From Chromera velia (taxonomy: Eukaryota): a stretch of 54,236 bases of DNA. The translations under genes were made by a program, and so were the position numbers. The stretch lies in contig JAHBMJ010000195.1 of the NCBI GenBank assembly GCA_018398765.1, positions 1 through 54,236 on the forward strand. The letters are read 5' to 3'. Positions 51,030 through 54,236 of this stretch are shown in pieces; positions within the stretch are counted from its first letter, which is position 1, and each line of letters opens with the position of its first letter. The notes beneath the pieces were generated by a model. That model made no database searches. It saw only the letters and a list, made by a program, of their open reading frames with translations, and was not told the origin of the DNA.

Positions 51030-51484
51030 GCCGGATGACGCTTCTTTTTCGGACGGTGACACCCCGAAAGAAAAGGAACTGCAGCGTCAACTCGAACCGA
51101 TGAAAAGGAGAACTGAGAGAACTGCCTGGCCAGGCAGAAAACCAAAAAGCGACAAAAACATCCATCGGGGACGTACCTGCAGAAGGAGACGCGTCCCGGT
51201 CGACTTCCCGTGGGGCGATGGGAGTCTCGAGAGGCTGCACGCAGACGGGGAAAGACGTCAGTCCACCAACGGAGGAAACGCGTCGACAGGCCGGACACGC
51301 GTAACCCACCACTTCTCGTTGGGCTGCAGACAGGTGTTCCAGGTTGCGCAGGTTAAAGGTCCTCCCGAGATCCCTCCAGGCACCTGCAGGAAAGGGAGGG
51401 GAAGAACTGATTTGGCCTTTGGAGAAAGACCCAGCTCGAGGGACACAAGAAGAAGTGGGGAAGGCAGTGATCAGCTACGGAGGT

Positions 51485-52205
51485 CCCAAGAGGTAAGGAC
51501 AGGACGGAACTGCGAAGGGGGCGCAAGAGCTAGGTGAGGACGGAACAGCGGAACGAAGGGCATAGGAGGCAAGAGGTGAGACAGATGGCAGGGGGAACGA
51601 AGGGTAGGGCTGGAAGAGAAACAGGGGACAACAGAACGGCAGGGGGGAACGAAGGGTAGGGCTGGAAGAGTAAGAGGTGAGGACAGAATGGGGCGGGGCT
51701 GGAAGAGAAACAGAGGGCAACAGAACGGCAGGAAGGAACGAGCGGCGGGGCTGGAAGAGAAACAGGGGAAAACAGAACGGCAGGAAGGAACGAGCGGCGG
51801 GTCTGGAAGAGAAACAGGGGAAAACAGAACGGCAGGAAGGAACGAGCGGCGGGGCTGGAAGAGAAACAGGGGGCAAGATGTGAGGAAGAACGGCAGTGGG
51901 AGCGAAGGGCATAGAAGGCAAGAGGTGAGGAAGAACGGCAGGGGGGAGCGAAGGGCATAGAAGGCAAGAGGTGAGGACAGAATGGCAGGGGGAACGAGGG
52001 GCGAGGCTGGAAGAGACACAGGGGGCAACAGAACGGTAGAGGGGAACGAAGGGTAGGGCTGGAAGAGAAAGAGGGGGCAACAGAACGGCAGGGGGGAACG
52101 CCGGAAGAGCAAGAGGTGAGCACAGAACGGCAGGGGGGAACGAAGGGCATGGCTGAACCGAGGACGTAAGCAGGGGAGAGAACGGCAGGGGGGACGAAGG
52201 AACTA
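51485..52205. repeat. Purine-rich complex minisatellite in intron
   Basis: Modules GGCTGGAAGAGAAACAGGGG, AACAGAACGGCAGG and CGAAGGGCATAG shuffled in ~45-60-bp units. Confidence 0.9.
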
Positions 52206-54236
52206 CGGGCGTGGAGGTAAGCGCAGAAAGGGAGGAGACTGTGGAGGCAGAAGAACAGGGCACAAAAAGAACCTAGAGGCGAGGGGAGGTCGGAAAGAAG
52301 ACTAGGAACCAAAGGGATTCAGAGTTGGGTGAAGACTGTCAGGGAGGAGCAGACAAAGCGAAAGGGGGAAGCACAAGGCGGGGACCCCAACGGGCAGAAG
52401 GGGTAGGCGCAAAAGGGCAGGTCTTTGACCTTGAGGTCCAGGACAGAAGAACGGGAAGGGGGAAAACAGCTTGGGCGAGTGAGCGCACAGCAGCTGGGAA
52501 GACAACAGGCAGGCTTCACGACGGACCTGCCTCGTCAACATGTCGCGAGCCAGGCAGTCTCTGCTCGTCCAAGAGCACCTGCTCTCTTCTTCCGGACTCC
52601 GCCTCCTGAACAACATCCTGACCCATGAACTCGTGGCTGCCCTCCTCATGAAGCCTCGACCCACTGTGTTGGTTGCAGTTCAAGCACCAGGCTGTCCACT
52701 CCTCCCCGACTTCCTCCTGCCCCCCACTGCATATTCTCGCCGTCCCCCGAGTTCCCCGAGTCGCTGCCCACCGAGAAGCCGCCACTCGGGGCCCATCAAC
52801 CCCAGTTGGAAGCACAAGCACCAGACACCCAGCTGCAGGAAGGGAACCAATGGATCTAGTCTTGCTTCGATCCCAGCGTGCTGGAGTCGTCTCGAGACAC
52901 CACTGCAGCCGTTTCCGTGAGTCAGCGAATCGGCGTCTTGCGCGTACGCCTATCTAAAGAACATGGGAGTTCTATGTATATGTATATGTACATGGCTTTC
53001 GAGACCGACACCGCCAACGATCCCCCAAAAGGGGGCCGAAGGAGGAAACGCGAAGGGGAAGTCGGGCACAGAAGGCCGCACGGCGAGAGCAGCACGAGCG
53101 ACGGACCTGTCTCCTCCCGCTGCTTCCGTCCAGAAGTCGCCTCCTCCCGACCCATGCACTCGTGGCTGGCCTCAGCGGAAATGGAAGTCGTCGAACCAAA
53201 GAAAGCCCTGGGAGAATCGCAGAGGCCCCCGTGAAGCCTCGGAGAGAGACGGGAGCAGACTGAACTCCCAACATCACAGCGCATTCTCGTCCTCCCGCCA
53301 GTTCCGGCCCCTTCACAAGTCGTCGAGGACCAAGAGGCTGCTTCTCAGGACGAGCGACGCCTCCTGGCTCCCATCACCCCACCAATAAGCAAGATCAACA
53401 ACGAACACCAGACAACACCCAGGCTCACCGCGCCAAAATGAACGATCCAGTCTCACTCTCAAGCTATATTCATATATACTGGTGAGCACTGCGCTTCGCT
53501 CCGTGCTCAATGGACCCGGTCGGGCGTTTGTACCTTAGGTGACTGTTGTGGTGAGGAAACGCCAAAGTTGGACTTTGTTAGGTAAAGATTCTTTGTATCG
53601 CTCATGCAGTCGCTTTTTCTTCCTGAGGCTTTGAGTGGCGCGTCCACGAATGAAGAACTCGAGAAGCACTCCGACTTTTCAGCCTGGCAAACCAAGTGTC
53701 ATCTTTTGCTTCCTGAAAGACAGCTCATTGATTAAGGAGACGGCAGCAATCAATTGCTTGGCCTTTTGAGGACAATCTGATTTTGTCAGCAGTCCCGAAG
53801 CGACATCGATTGAGAGGTCTACTGCACCGTAAGCTCTATTCTCTGGTGCAGGAGCACGGTGACAAGCTGCTGCGTACAACGTCTTGTTCTTTTGCCTTGC
53901 GTGCTTCTGTAGAGATCTGATTCACGCAAGATGCACTGGGTTCTGCACGATGCGAGAGACGCATGCTGAAGAGCTGCTTTTCGTGGAGCACACAGGAGGG
54001 ATGGAGGTCAGTTCCTTTGTCTGTGTAAGCAGTCAAGCAGAAGCACCAGGCTGCTGTTCGCTAAGGTGTCACAACTTGTGCGTTGATCATGGGGAGGTGG
54101 GACTGCATTGTGTACTCTTCTCTTCTGCAGATCGGCAGAGAAGGGCATGAAAGAAGACACCAAGGGGCGAACAGGGTTCCCTGCCAGTGGAAAGACGACG
54201 AGGCGGCGCGTATCAGGGTGAGTCTCTTTCCCCACT

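Larger units (their letters stand above)
47253..54236 (-). pseudogene. Multi-exon hypothetical gene, probably pseudogenised; exons >54236-53429, 53259-53107, 52832-52527, 51383-51310, 51234-51177, 50322-50228, 50118-50070, 49845-49760, 49661-49592, 49390-49157, 48010-47253
   Basis: Ten consecutive GT-AG introns join in compatible phase. Middle exons are stop-free, while the first and last exons carry in-frame stops. Confidence 0.7.

Noticed and set aside
53429..54236. UGA recoding (Trp/Sec)
   Set aside because: The intact peptidase gene uses TGG for Trp and TGA as stop, and TAA/TAG stops also interrupt the same gene.

Overview
Eukaryotic, intron-rich protist-type nuclear DNA. GC-rich exons, microsatellite-filled GT-AG introns and TGCATGCA motifs resemble a chromerid alveolate such as Chromera, but the organism is my inference only. 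Left to right the window holds: a nest of small TIR elements with CTAGG ends and 8-bp TSDs; an ankyrin pseudogene; a full-length decayed Ty3/Gypsy chromovirus (4678-10428) with non-canonical CG...CG LTR termini; an intronless gene for a linker-histone-like winged-helix plus Zn-ribbon protein; two large multi-exon hypothetical genes; an S28 prolyl-carboxypeptidase gene; a ~8 kb microhomology-flanked tandem duplication; and an 11-exon pseudogene. The duplicated unit carries the 3' half of the peptidase gene, a CACT-ended element, a ~200-bp satellite and a hAT derivative. The strongest cross-cutting signal is pervasive C>T/G>A mutation, not restricted to CpG, in repeated or duplicated DNA, while intact gene bodies are spared. 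This resembles a RIP-like genome-defence process. All alignments and counts were made by eye and are approximate.
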